A DNA stretch of 64,000 nt from Bacteroidota bacterium (GTDB taxonomy: Bacteria; Bacteroidota; Bacteroidia; Chitinophagales; JADIYW01): NCBI GenBank assembly GCA_963169645.1, contig CAUJCO010000006.1, positions 70,096-134,095 of the forward strand. The letters run 5' to 3'. The translations under genes and the position numbers were made by a program. Shown one piece after another: positions 27,802-37,359 of this stretch. The notes beneath the pieces were generated by a model. The model was given only the letters and a program-made list of their open reading frames with translations, made no database searches and was not told where the DNA came from. The first letter of the stretch is position 1. Each line of letters starts with the position of its first letter.

Positions 27802-27825
27802 TAGCCATTGTAATTACAATGGCTA
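27802..27825 (-). terminator. Hairpin terminator downstream of mlaD-like gene
   Basis: Perfect palindrome TAGCCATTGTAATTACAATGGCTA, followed on the minus strand by TTTTATTTTAAA. Confidence 0.65.
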
Positions 27826-27870
27826 AAATAGTATTTTTTGGTGCATTACACACTATACTGTGCAGGGTGC

Positions 27871-28917
27871 TTACTTAATTTTTTTTGCTGCCTTCGGATG
27901 ATTTTCCAAAAACTGCTGAACAGATGTATCTGTAAAGGTGTACGTCTTTGTTCGGTCAATAAGTGATAAACTGATGTATTTTTTTGGATTAGCTTTTAAA
28001 TCAGTCAATAATGCATTGAGCGAGTTGATTGTTTTAACGATGTCATTATAAGCGCCATCTTCTTTTAATAATTTAGAGATAGAACCATCCCCATCATTAA
28101 TTAAAGCCAATGTTTTTTTCAATTGTTCCAATGTGCCTTTTGCACTTTCTAAGGTTGATGCTAAATCTAAAGAAGCTACTTTTCCGGACAGTGTTTGGAA
28201 GTTCGTTAAAATGGAATCTAATTTTCCGGACTCAGATGTTAATCTGTTTACGTTTGTCAAAATGCCATCAATATTTGCTTTGTTATCAGCAATAGTTCCA
28301 TTTAATGTTGTTATCATCTTATCGGCATTTGCAGCTAATTTATTTACAGAAACTAACGTAGTACTTAAATCGCTTACTGCTTTTTTCAATAATGAGTTTT
28401 CACCGGAACCTAATTGAGTATTTAAGTTGTTGGATAATGCCGTGAATGAACCTAAAAGTGAATCTAATCGTGGTTTTAATTGGGCAACTAAATCAACACC
28501 TTGTTCTATGGAATTACCTTTCACCAAACAATTCATCGTATCGTTGACAGAGGCTAATGTTTGGCTTTCACCACGCACTAAACCGATACCCATTTTACCC
28601 AACATATCTAATCCATATATAATAAATTTACTATCTTTTGGAATATTGACATCGTTGTCCAATTTTAATTTCATTAATGCTTTGTATGGAAAATTTGGGC
28701 TGGTAGAGATGGTTACATTTTCTACTCTTCCAATTGGTACATCGTTTTCTAAAACCGGACTAGAAGGCGTAATACCCGGAACTCTATCTGCTACGATATA
28801 CACATATTTACTGCGAGAAAATAAATTATCACCTTGTAGAAATTTGAAACCAATGATGAAGGCAGCAATTCCAAGCACTGTGAGTGCTCCAACTAAAATT
28901 TCGTTCTTATTTTCCAA
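27871..28917 (-). CDS. MlaD/MCE family protein
   Basis: N-terminal TM (ILVGALTVLGIAAFIIGF), an MCE domain (VPGITPSSPVLENDVPIGRVENV) and a long helical C-terminus. TTG start. Confidence 0.75.
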   Translation of the reverse strand: MENKNEILVGALTVLGIAAFIIGFKFLQGDNLFSRSKYVYIVADRVPGITPSSPVLENDVPIGRVENVTISTSPNFPYKALMKLKLDNDVNIPKDSKFIIYGLDMLGKMGIGLVRGESQTLASVNDTMNCLVKGNSIEQGVDLVAQLKPRLDSLLGSFTALSNNLNTQLGSGENSLLKKAVSDLSTTLVSVNKLAANADKMITTLNGTIADNKANIDGILTNVNRLTSESGKLDSILTNFQTLSGKVASLDLASTLESAKGTLEQLKKTLALINDGDGSISKLLKEDGAYNDIVKTINSLNALLTDLKANPKKYISLSLIDRTKTYTFTDTSVQQFLENHPKAAKKIK

Positions 28918-28998
28918 TTATTTTTTTTTAACTGCCAAATATAAGGATAAAAAAATAAAATGAAAATTAAACTTAGATGGAATGTAATCTTATTAATC

Positions 28999-30189
28999 TT
29001 ATTTTAAATATGCCTTTGCTTCCGTAGCCGATAGCTTTTTTCCATCTTTAAATACCACGATAAAGGCATCGTCGTATCCAATTGCTTTTGCTTGTTTTAA
29101 TACCTTTCGAGCTAAATCGTACTCTTTAATAGGTGAGTAGGCATATTTGTACCGTCCGTTTACTTTTTCGTAAGTCAAGTTATTGTAAATCTTATATGCT
29201 TTACTCGATTTTGAAATAGGTTTGGAAGAAGAAATAATTTGTACTTTGTAAATAATGCCTTTATTTTCTTCTTTATTGGCTGTTTTGGTTTCTTCTTTCT
29301 TTTCAACTTTAGGAGTGGTAGTTTCTTCTTTCGGTGTTTCTTTTTCTATTACTGCAGGTTGCTCGTAGGTGGTAATAGTTGGAGCGGTTATTTTACCACC
29401 TTTCTCCATGGTGTTTTTATAGTCTTCAAAAGCTTGGAAAATGGCATTTGCCATCTCTTTTTGTCCATCTTCGGAAATCAAATATTTTTCTTCGTTTTTA
29501 TTTGTCAAAAATCCTGTTTCAATTAAAATAGATGGACAAGTAGTGCGATAAAGAACCCAAAAACCGGCTTGTTTTACGCCTCTGTTATATCGGTTGAGTT
29601 TGTGTGTGAAATTTTCTTGCACTTTGGTAGCCAAATAACTACTTTGTTCAATATTGGCATTTTGAGCCAAGGATAAGGCAATCATGGATTCCGGTGAGTC
29701 CGGGTCAAAATCGCCGTAGGTAGCTTTATAATTGTCCTCTAATTTGATAACCTCATTTTCTCGTTTTGCTACATCTAAATTTGCTTGCGATACGTGTAAA
29801 CCCATCAAAAATGTTTCTGCACCATACGCTGATTTGTTGGCATTGGCATTACAGTGTACACTCACAAATAAATCGGCGTTATTTTTATTGGCTAATAAAG
29901 CTCTGTCTTGCAACGTAATAAATACATCCGTTTTTCGGGAATATAAAACCTTAATATCCGGATATTTTTGTTCAATCAATTTTCCTAAAGCTAAAATTAC
30001 TTTTAGAGTTACCTCTTTCTCATACGAACCTTCGTAACCATGGCAACCGGTGTCGTGTCCGCCGTGGCCTGCATCTAAAACAATGGTTTTTAATTTATAT
30101 CCACTTGCCTGAGCAGCACTTTGTGCAATAGTGTGAATAGAAAATAATAATATTAAACAAGCAATCCGTATTTTTGACGTTTTTAACAT
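28999..30189 (-). CDS. N-acetylmuramoyl-L-alanine amidase (Amidase_3) with a C-terminal SPOR domain
   Basis: VLDAGHGGHDTGC...SVHCNA...ETGFLTN amidase_3 motifs, an E/K/T-rich linker and a SPOR-like tail (YKVQIISSSKPI...DAFIVVFKDGKKL). Confidence 0.9.
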   Translation of the reverse strand: MLKTSKIRIACLILLFSIHTIAQSAAQASGYKLKTIVLDAGHGGHDTGCHGYEGSYEKEVTLKVILALGKLIEQKYPDIKVLYSRKTDVFITLQDRALLANKNNADLFVSVHCNANANKSAYGAETFLMGLHVSQANLDVAKRENEVIKLEDNYKATYGDFDPDSPESMIALSLAQNANIEQSSYLATKVQENFTHKLNRYNRGVKQAGFWVLYRTTCPSILIETGFLTNKNEEKYLISEDGQKEMANAIFQAFEDYKNTMEKGGKITAPTITTYEQPAVIEKETPKEETTTPKVEKKEETKTANKEENKGIIYKVQIISSSKPISKSSKAYKIYNNLTYEKVNGRYKYAYSPIKEYDLARKVLKQAKAIGYDDAFIVVFKDGKKLSATEAKAYLK

Positions 30190-30220
30190 ACTTTTGAAAC
30201 TTAATTTGCATTAAAATATT

Positions 30221-32953
30221 TTGTTGTTTAACGCTTTACATAAACGTTGGTTACTATGGTTCGGCATACTTTGTATGGCATTTAATGGGTTTTCACAATT
30301 TGCGTCCATTAAGGATACCTTGCCTATCATAGATACGATACAACAACCAAATTTCGAGCCAAATCTACAAAAAAGTAGCATAGATTCCATTTATAAAGAT
30401 TCCACACGTGTGGAAGTACGCCAAATTAAAATAGCAGAAAATGAAATAGAAGATAATGTACATTATACAGCACAAGATTCTATCATTTATGATATTCCGA
30501 ATAAAACCATTTTACTTTATGGACGAGCTACTATAAAATATCAAGAGATGAATATGGCAGCCGGCTTTATTCGATATAATTGGGATAGTAGCGAAGTGTA
30601 TGCAGCAGCCCGATATGACGATAGCTTACAAGCTATTAAACGAGTAGAATTTAAAGATGGTTCTGGAGAATATCTTGCCAATGAAGCAAAGTTCAATTTT
30701 AAAACTAAAAAAGGAAAGAGCTCCGGCTTAGTTACTAAAGAATTAGATGGCTTTTTGCATGGTTTACACGTGAAAGTTATTGACACCAATACGATGTATA
30801 TTAAAGGAGCACGCTATACAACTTGTGATTTAGATGAACCACATTTTTATGTCGAAATTGGAAAAGCAAAAGTAATACGAGATAAAATTATGGTGGGCAA
30901 GCCCGCAGATGTAGTAATTGAAGGTGTGCGAACTCCGTTGTTTTTACCATTTGCCATGTTGCCAAGTATAAAATCAAAAGGAACGGGATTGCTGATGCCA
31001 ACGTATGGGCAAAGCAATGAGTTAGGTTTCTTTTTAAATAATATCGGATATTTCTGGATGATAAATGATAAGTTAGCACTAACTACGACCGCAGATGTGT
31101 ACACCTTAGGTAGTTGGGGTTTGCACATGAATTTAGCATATAAGAAATTGTATAAACTTTCCGGAAATTTAAATTTTAATATCAATCAACAACGAGGAGG
31201 TTCACAATACGAACGTTTTAATCCGAATAGAAAAAAAGCACCTCTAAATTTCGGTATTTTATGGCAGATGAACATGGATCCGAAAAAAATGTTCAACAGT
31301 AGTTTTAATATCAATTTAAATATAGTAAGTAATAAAACATATCAATATCTCAATTCTCGAGATCCACAAAGTGTATTGGCTACTAATTTTTCATCTAATA
31401 TTACATACAGTAAGTATTGGCCGGGCAAACCATATCGTATTTCATTAAATACAGGTTTGGTGCAAAATACGCAAACCAAACAAATTGCCTTAACCTTGCC
31501 ACAGTTTAATTTCAATGTAACACGAATCAATCCGTTCCAGCGTAAAATAAATGTAACTACTCGGAAATGGTACGAAAATATTGGCTTCTCGTATGATATG
31601 AATGTATCCAATCAATTAAATGCTACAGATTCTACTTTTTTCACGAAGAAAACATTGAAAGATATGCGTAGCAGCATCCGACATTCATTGCCTATTTCGG
31701 GAAATTTTTCGTTGTTTAAATATTTGAATTTTAATGTCGGATTTAATTATAGAGAAGATTGGTATTTCAGTTATTTAACCAAAACATACTACGATTTTTT
31801 AGAGCGTAAAAATGATGAAACCGGAGCAATAGATACCTTCCGTAATCAATCCGTAGATGAAATAAAATATGGATTTAAATCCTATCGCGATTTTAATTTC
31901 AATATGAGTTTTAATACGCAATTGTATGGTATGTTTCAATTTAAAAATAGCAAACTCAAAGCCATCCGACATACATTTCGTCCGAGTTTGAATTTTAATT
32001 TTAGTCCGGATTTCACTACTCCATTTTGGAAGTACAATCGGACGGTACAAACCGATAGTATAGGAACGGTGCAAACGTATTCTATTTTTCAAAACAATGG
32101 AATTACACCAATAACAAAACAAGGAAATATTGGATTGAATTTTTCTAATACATTAGAAATAAAAGTACACTCCAAAAAAGATACGGTTACGCATACTAAA
32201 AAAATTACGTTGTTAGACAACCTTTCTTTCGGGATGAGTTATAATATGTTGACGAAACGATTTAGTCCGTTGAGTATTAGTGCGAGTACACATATTTCCA
32301 ATTATTTGAATTTGAGTTTTAATGCCAGTATGGATCCTTATTCATTGGATAGTTTAGGGCGACAAACCAATCATTTTTATTGGAAAGAAAAGCGACGTTT
32401 CTTCCGATTAACGTACTTAAGTTTATCGATGAGTGGTAGTGTACGCTCTAAAAAAGGAATGGTAGAAACAGAACAACTGAGCCAGCAAATGTTGAACGAG
32501 CAAAATATCAATAATCAATACTATCAGCAAGGTGTATATGATAGAAGTTATTATAATTTTTCTATTCCGTGGTCAATAAATTATCAATATAGTTTAAATG
32601 TATCGAGATATAAATACAATAAAAAAGATACTACTTCGATTACACAAACCTTGGCTTTAGGATTGGATGTAAATATTACCAAAAAATGGAAAATAAATAT
32701 CTCTTCCGGTTTTGATTTGACGAATAAAAGTATCACCCGAACCGACATTTCCATTGTGCGTGATTTGCATTGTTGGCAAATGGAGTTTAAGTGGACTCCG
32801 GTCGGTTTCCAAAAAGGATTTTACATGACGATTTATGTAACCTCACAACAGTTTAATTGGTTGAAACTGCAAAAACAAAAAGGCTTTTTTGATACCGGAA
32901 TATTTGGCTCCGGCGGTTTTAATGCAAATGCATTTAGTGGTATTGTGCAGTAG
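30221..32953 (+). CDS. LptD-like large outer-membrane beta-barrel protein
   Basis: 910 aa with a signal peptide, an N-terminal OstA-like region and a long beta-strand-rich C-terminus ending in an aromatic-rich segment. Divergent from the amidase gene. TTG start. Confidence 0.6.
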   Translation: MLFNALHKRWLLWFGILCMAFNGFSQFASIKDTLPIIDTIQQPNFEPNLQKSSIDSIYKDSTRVEVRQIKIAENEIEDNVHYTAQDSIIYDIPNKTILLYGRATIKYQEMNMAAGFIRYNWDSSEVYAAARYDDSLQAIKRVEFKDGSGEYLANEAKFNFKTKKGKSSGLVTKELDGFLHGLHVKVIDTNTMYIKGARYTTCDLDEPHFYVEIGKAKVIRDKIMVGKPADVVIEGVRTPLFLPFAMLPSIKSKGTGLLMPTYGQSNELGFFLNNIGYFWMINDKLALTTTADVYTLGSWGLHMNLAYKKLYKLSGNLNFNINQQRGGSQYERFNPNRKKAPLNFGILWQMNMDPKKMFNSSFNINLNIVSNKTYQYLNSRDPQSVLATNFSSNITYSKYWPGKPYRISLNTGLVQNTQTKQIALTLPQFNFNVTRINPFQRKINVTTRKWYENIGFSYDMNVSNQLNATDSTFFTKKTLKDMRSSIRHSLPISGNFSLFKYLNFNVGFNYREDWYFSYLTKTYYDFLERKNDETGAIDTFRNQSVDEIKYGFKSYRDFNFNMSFNTQLYGMFQFKNSKLKAIRHTFRPSLNFNFSPDFTTPFWKYNRTVQTDSIGTVQTYSIFQNNGITPITKQGNIGLNFSNTLEIKVHSKKDTVTHTKKITLLDNLSFGMSYNMLTKRFSPLSISASTHISNYLNLSFNASMDPYSLDSLGRQTNHFYWKEKRRFFRLTYLSLSMSGSVRSKKGMVETEQLSQQMLNEQNINNQYYQQGVYDRSYYNFSIPWSINYQYSLNVSRYKYNKKDTTSITQTLALGLDVNITKKWKINISSGFDLTNKSITRTDISIVRDLHCWQMEFKWTPVGFQKGFYMTIYVTSQQFNWLKLQKQKGFFDTGIFGSGGFNANAFSGIVQ

Positions 32954-33025
32954 ATTTTTTAAATTGGACAATGGTGATTAGACAATAGACTTATATCAGA
33001 CATCACACTTCTTACTACTCACATC

Positions 33026-33697
33026 TCATTTCGTCAAAGCATATTGCACTAAGTTTGCACCCATTTTTAATGCTTGTTGGCGTTTTTCTTCCGAATCTTT
33101 ATGTACGGATTGGTCTTCCCAGCCATCGCCTAAATCACATTGGTAATCGTAAAAACAAACCAACTTGCCTTCATAAATTAATCCAAATCCTTGTGCTGCT
33201 TTATTATCGTGTTCGTGAATTTTAGGTAAGCCATTGGCAAAATCAAATTTTTGATGATAAATTGGGTGTGATGCCGGTAATTCTACAAAATCTAATTCAG
33301 GGAAAACAAGCTTCATTGCTTTGCGAATATAGGGATCCAAGCCATAATTATCAGAAATATGTAAAAAGCCGCCGGCAATTAAATAGGTGCGTAAATTTTC
33401 TGCTTCTTGGTTGGTGAATACTATATTTCCATGTCCGGTAATATGCACAAACGGATAATTAAAAAGCTCCGCACTTGCCGGTTCTACTTCATTAATATCG
33501 GTAGATAATGACATATTTAATTGTTGGTTGCAAAACTTGGCTAAGTTGGGTAAAGATGTTGGATTAGCATACCAATCGCCACCGCCTTTGTATTTCAAAA
33601 GCCCAATTTTTACAGTAGTTTTGGTTTGAGCCAATGAATAATTACAAGAAAAATAAATGCTTAATACGATTAGATATTTTATGCTTAATTTTCTCAC
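33026..33697 (-). CDS. DUF4159 domain protein
   Basis: LLKYKGGGDWYANPTSLPNL...YPFVHITGHGNIVF...GGFLHISDNYG...LPKIHEHD...DLGDGWED matches the family pattern as I recall it. GTG start. Confidence 0.7.
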   Translation of the reverse strand: MRKLSIKYLIVLSIYFSCNYSLAQTKTTVKIGLLKYKGGGDWYANPTSLPNLAKFCNQQLNMSLSTDINEVEPASAELFNYPFVHITGHGNIVFTNQEAENLRTYLIAGGFLHISDNYGLDPYIRKAMKLVFPELDFVELPASHPIYHQKFDFANGLPKIHEHDNKAAQGFGLIYEGKLVCFYDYQCDLGDGWEDQSVHKDSEEKRQQALKMGANLVQYALTK

Positions 33698-33734
33698 TTT
33701 GTTTGTTTAAGTTAATGATTTATAGTCAATAGTC

Positions 33735-34436
33735 TCATATCTCATTCACCATTTGTATGATACTGCAAGCAACGACACCGGCTGTTTCCACCCGCAATAT
33801 AGAATTTCCCAACGACACCGGAATGTAATTTTTGTTAAGGGCGATATTAATTTCTTCTGAAGTAAAATCTCCTTCCGGACCAATTAAAATTATTGCAGAT
33901 TGGTTTGGAGAATAAGCATTTTTTAAATGCTGTTTTTCATCTTTGCAATGTGCAATAAAATGTTGCTCGAAATTATCAGATTCAATTACATTTTTTAATG
34001 GTTGTAGTTCGTGTAATATGGGAAAAAATAATTGACTACTTTGCTTTGCTGCTGATAGTACAATGTTTTGCATTCTATCTTGTTTGATGCTTTGTTTCTC
34101 TGTTCTTGTCGTAAGAATTGGGAAAATTTGATGTACACCTATTTCTGTTACTTTTTCTAAAAACCATTCAAAACGAGCCGGATTTTTAGTGGGGCAAATA
34201 GCTACTGAAAGTTTGTTTTTGTTTACCGTCTCTGTTTGTAAAATACGTATAATTTGTGCTTGAACTTCGTGTTTGTTGATTGCTTGTATTTCAGCTTCGA
34301 AACGTTTGCCTTCACCATTTAAAATCTCGATTTTATCACCTTGTTTACAACGCAACACTTTTGTACAATGTTGTGCTTCATTGTCTTCTAAGTAAATGTA
34401 ATTTGATTGAATATTTTTAGAATAAAATCGTTTCAT
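33735..34436 (-). CDS. rsmE: 16S rRNA (uracil1498-N3)-methyltransferase RsmE
   Basis: 233 aa with a PUA-like N-terminus (HCTKVLRCKQGDKIEILNGEG) and a SPOUT C-terminus (ILIGPEGDFTSEEI...ILRVETAG). Confidence 0.85.
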   Translation of the reverse strand: MKRFYSKNIQSNYIYLEDNEAQHCTKVLRCKQGDKIEILNGEGKRFEAEIQAINKHEVQAQIIRILQTETVNKNKLSVAICPTKNPARFEWFLEKVTEIGVHQIFPILTTRTEKQSIKQDRMQNIVLSAAKQSSQLFFPILHELQPLKNVIESDNFEQHFIAHCKDEKQHLKNAYSPNQSAIILIGPEGDFTSEEINIALNKNYIPVSLGNSILRVETAGVVACSIIQMVNEI

Positions 34437-34457
34437 TTTTTGTTGTTAAGATGTTCT

Positions 34458-34497
34458 GTCATTATCGCAAAACAGGAATCTCAATGAAATTTTAAAG
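34458..34497. repeat. Second copy of the REP-like unit
   Basis: GTCATTATCGCAAAACAGGAATCTCAATGAAATTTTAAAG aligns with GTCATTCTCGTGGAATCGAATTTTAATT (26023-26050) apart from short insertions. It lies between rsmE and rsmD. Confidence 0.55.
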
Positions 34498-34534
34498 TAA
34501 GTAAATTGTTCCTTTTTAAAAGTGAAAAATATTA

Positions 34535-35083
34535 TTATTCATTACTTGCTTCATCGCCAAAAAACCAAAAATGAGTTTGTCCATAATTGCGAACTTCTAA
34601 TAATTTTGGGTGTTCGGTGAAATTATGTTTCGGCGATGTTTCTAAAATAAATAGCCCATTATCTTTTACTAAATTTCTATCAAAAATAATATTCGGAATT
34701 TCATCTATCACTTCTAATGCATACGGCGGTCCGGCAAAAATCAAATCGTATTGTTGCGTGCAATTTTTGGCATATTGAATAGCATCTCCTAAAATAATTT
34801 TATGATTCGGAATTTTAACTTCTTCGCTCATTTTTTTTATAAAACCTAAGCTTATTTTACTCATATCCACAGAGGTGATGTCAGTGCAACCGCGAGAAAA
34901 AATTTCCATATCTAAACTTCCTGTTCCGGCAAATAAATCCAAAAATTTTATTTCACTAAAATCAAAATAGTTGTTTAAAATATTAAAGAGAGCTTCTTTT
35001 GCAAAATCGGTGGTTGGCCTTGCCGGAATGTTTTTGGGCGGATAAAATCGTTTGCCTTTTAAGGTGCCGGAAATAATTCTCAT
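34535..35083 (-). CDS. rsmD: 16S rRNA (guanine966-N2)-methyltransferase RsmD
   Basis: MRIISGTLKGKRF...ARPTTDFAKEALFNIL, SAM motif DLFAGTGS and GPPY. The ATG at 35083 is preferred over the track start at 35125. Confidence 0.85.
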   Translation of the reverse strand: MRIISGTLKGKRFYPPKNIPARPTTDFAKEALFNILNNYFDFSEIKFLDLFAGTGSLDMEIFSRGCTDITSVDMSKISLGFIKKMSEEVKIPNHKIILGDAIQYAKNCTQQYDLIFAGPPYALEVIDEIPNIIFDRNLVKDNGLFILETSPKHNFTEHPKLLEVRNYGQTHFWFFGDEASNE

Positions 35084-35140
35084 AACAATAGCGTTTGATA
35101 GAAAGAAGCTACAAATGTACAGCAATTTCCCTGTATTATG

Positions 35141-35923
35141 CTATATCGCCAAGCCTAATAAGTTGATATAATAATGCATAGGAATATCTTCTATAGATAT
35201 TGAAAGCGGTAATGTACTTTTTAAAGTTCTATCGATTTCAAAATTGCGAATGTATCCGTATGTTGTAGAGTACATTGGTGATTTTTCTTCTATGAAACCA
35301 TATAGATAGGTTGGAAATTCATCTAAATTTAATTCTAAATGCTCATATGACAACCTCAAATAATACAGTAAATCATCTTTCGCTTTTACAGGAAATTTGT
35401 TGTAATAAAAATTTTGCTGGTCTTTTTTATAACAGATGGTTAATTCTTCGCCGTATAAATTGGCTGCCAAATAATTTTTAAAAGAAAGTTTAGTATTGTA
35501 AAAATTCAACAATCCAAAATCACCACAATAAAATTCTACGTTCACTAAATTATTTTCAATAAAATTGATAAGCTTATCCGGCAATGAATAATACACCCAA
35601 AAATTTTCACCAAATTTATTTTTTAAATACGTGATATTTTCATTTTGAGTATAACCTAATAAACTAAATACATCTTTAATTTTATCTGTTTTGTCGGGTA
35701 AAATGGTAAATTCCGGTGAGTAAATGGCCACCTTGCTATTCTTAAACGGCAAACTCAAAATATTTTGATTTTCTTGAAACCACATCGAAATGGAATCAGC
35801 TATCAAAAATTTTTGTAACGGTTGATTAAGAACTTTCGCATCAAATTCTACAATCTTATTTAAATCTCTGTCAATCAACAAAAAAGAAAAACAATATGGA
35901 TGCAAATGCATCACTAAATCCAA
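35141..35923 (-). CDS. DUF3822-like hypothetical protein
   Basis: 260 aa. Its size and position next to rsmD match Bacteroidetes DUF3822. No motif-level proof. Confidence 0.4.
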   Translation of the reverse strand: MDLVMHLHPYCFSFLLIDRDLNKIVEFDAKVLNQPLQKFLIADSISMWFQENQNILSLPFKNSKVAIYSPEFTILPDKTDKIKDVFSLLGYTQNENITYLKNKFGENFWVYYSLPDKLINFIENNLVNVEFYCGDFGLLNFYNTKLSFKNYLAANLYGEELTICYKKDQQNFYYNKFPVKAKDDLLYYLRLSYEHLELNLDEFPTYLYGFIEEKSPMYSTTYGYIRNFEIDRTLKSTLPLSISIEDIPMHYYINLLGLAI

Positions 35924-36049
35924 GTTTTGGATACGTTTTAATATGTCAATTGGTGTTCTAATAGATTGAATTTAATGCAATAATAGCTAAAAACTAAAAT
36001 TATTCGATAACTTTTTACTATTTACTTTCTTTATTATACAGAATACTTT

Positions 36050-36057
36050 TAATTTTG
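36050..36057 (+). promoter_or_regulatory. Candidate -7 promoter box TAATTTTG, 4 nt upstream of the sucC ATG
   Basis: Fits TAnnTTTG. The spacing implies a leaderless or near-leaderless transcript if this box is used. Confidence 0.3.
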
Positions 36058-36061
36058 CACC

Positions 36062-37252
36062 ATGAATTTACACGAATATCAAGGAAAAGAACTCTTAAAA
36101 AAATTTGGAGTAAAAGTACAAGAAGGAATTGTTGCAGAAACAGTGGAACAAGCTGTAGAAGCTTGGAAAACAATTAGTGCACGCACAGGCAGTGAAGGTG
36201 TGGTGGTGAAAGCACAAGTGCATGCAGGTGGACGTGGAAAAGGCGGTGGTGTAAAATTTGCACCCAATTTAGAAGCATTAAAAGAAAGAGCAAGCCAAAT
36301 ATTAGGTATGACATTGGTTACACCACAAACCGGAGCAGAAGGGAAGGTGGTTCATAAAATTTTAGTAGCAGAAGATGCCTATTATCCGGGTGCATCCGAA
36401 ACCAAAGAATTTTATATGTCTGTTTTATTGGATAGAAAAAAAGAATGCAATGTAATTATGTATTCTACCGAAGGTGGTATGGATATTGAAGAAGTAGCAG
36501 AACATACGCCGGATAAAATTTATAAAGAGTGGATTGATTCATCGGTTGGTTTGCAAGCATTCCAAGCACGTAGAATTGCATTTAATTTAGGAGTTACCGG
36601 CAATGCTTTTAAAGAAATGGTGGCTTTTGTGCAAAGTTTATACAAAGCCTACGAAGCATCAGATTCTAGTATGTTTGAGATTAATCCTGTTTTAAAAACA
36701 TCAGATGATAAAATTATTGCAGTTGATGCGAAAGTAAATTTGGATGATAATGCCTTATTCCGTCATGCAGATTTAGAAGCTCAACGCGATATTTTAGAAG
36801 AAGATCCAACCGAAGTAGAAGCCGCTGCTGCCGAATTAAATTATGTAAAATTAGATGGAAATGTAGGTTGTATGGTTAATGGAGCCGGATTGGCAATGGC
36901 AACTATGGACATCATTAAATTGAGTGGTGGTGAGCCGGCAAATTTCTTAGATGTTGGTGGAACAGCCAATGCAGAACGTGTGGAGAAAGCATTCCGTATT
37001 ATCATGAAAGATGAAAATGTAAAAGCCATTTTAATTAATATTTTTGGTGGCATTGTGCGTTGTGATAGGGTTGCAGAAGGTGTTATCGAAGCATATAAAA
37101 ATATTGGTACTATAGAAATTCCTATTATTGTACGTTTGCAAGGCACTAATGCAGATATAGCTAAAAAAATGATAGAAGAATCCGGCTTAAAAGTACAATC
37201 GGCCATTCTATTGTCAGAAGCTGCGGAATTAGTTGCCAAAGCAGTAGCATAA
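36062..37252 (+). CDS. sucC: Succinate--CoA ligase (ADP-forming) beta subunit
   Basis: MNLHEYQGKELLKKFGV..., ATP-grasp domain and CoA-ligase C-domain (GNVGCMVNGAGLAMATMD). Confidence 0.95.
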   Translation: MNLHEYQGKELLKKFGVKVQEGIVAETVEQAVEAWKTISARTGSEGVVVKAQVHAGGRGKGGGVKFAPNLEALKERASQILGMTLVTPQTGAEGKVVHKILVAEDAYYPGASETKEFYMSVLLDRKKECNVIMYSTEGGMDIEEVAEHTPDKIYKEWIDSSVGLQAFQARRIAFNLGVTGNAFKEMVAFVQSLYKAYEASDSSMFEINPVLKTSDDKIIAVDAKVNLDDNALFRHADLEAQRDILEEDPTEVEAAAAELNYVKLDGNVGCMVNGAGLAMATMDIIKLSGGEPANFLDVGGTANAERVEKAFRIIMKDENVKAILINIFGGIVRCDRVAEGVIEAYKNIGTIEIPIIVRLQGTNADIAKKMIEESGLKVQSAILLSEAAELVAKAVA

Positions 37253-37359
37253 ATAAATTATGGCTTGGCGATGGTGAGGCATTTGAAAAATGTCAGCCCA
37301 ACCTTTGTATAAAAGCCTAATATAATTACAACTGTCTACCCACTATTGCCTAACCGATG

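Noticed and set aside
35876-35890. Apparent frame inconsistency in my hand translation across the A-run near the 5' end of ORF 35141-35923
   Set aside because: I counted one A fewer than the supplied ORF translation requires. The ORF track is computed from the sequence, so I attribute this to my own counting in a homopolymer and keep the track coordinates.
35148-37283. 11-nt inverted match GGCTTGGCGAT / ATCGCCAAGCC (37273-37283 vs 35148-35158)
   Set aside because: One arm is inside coding sequence. Matches of this length are expected many times by chance in 64 kb on two strands.
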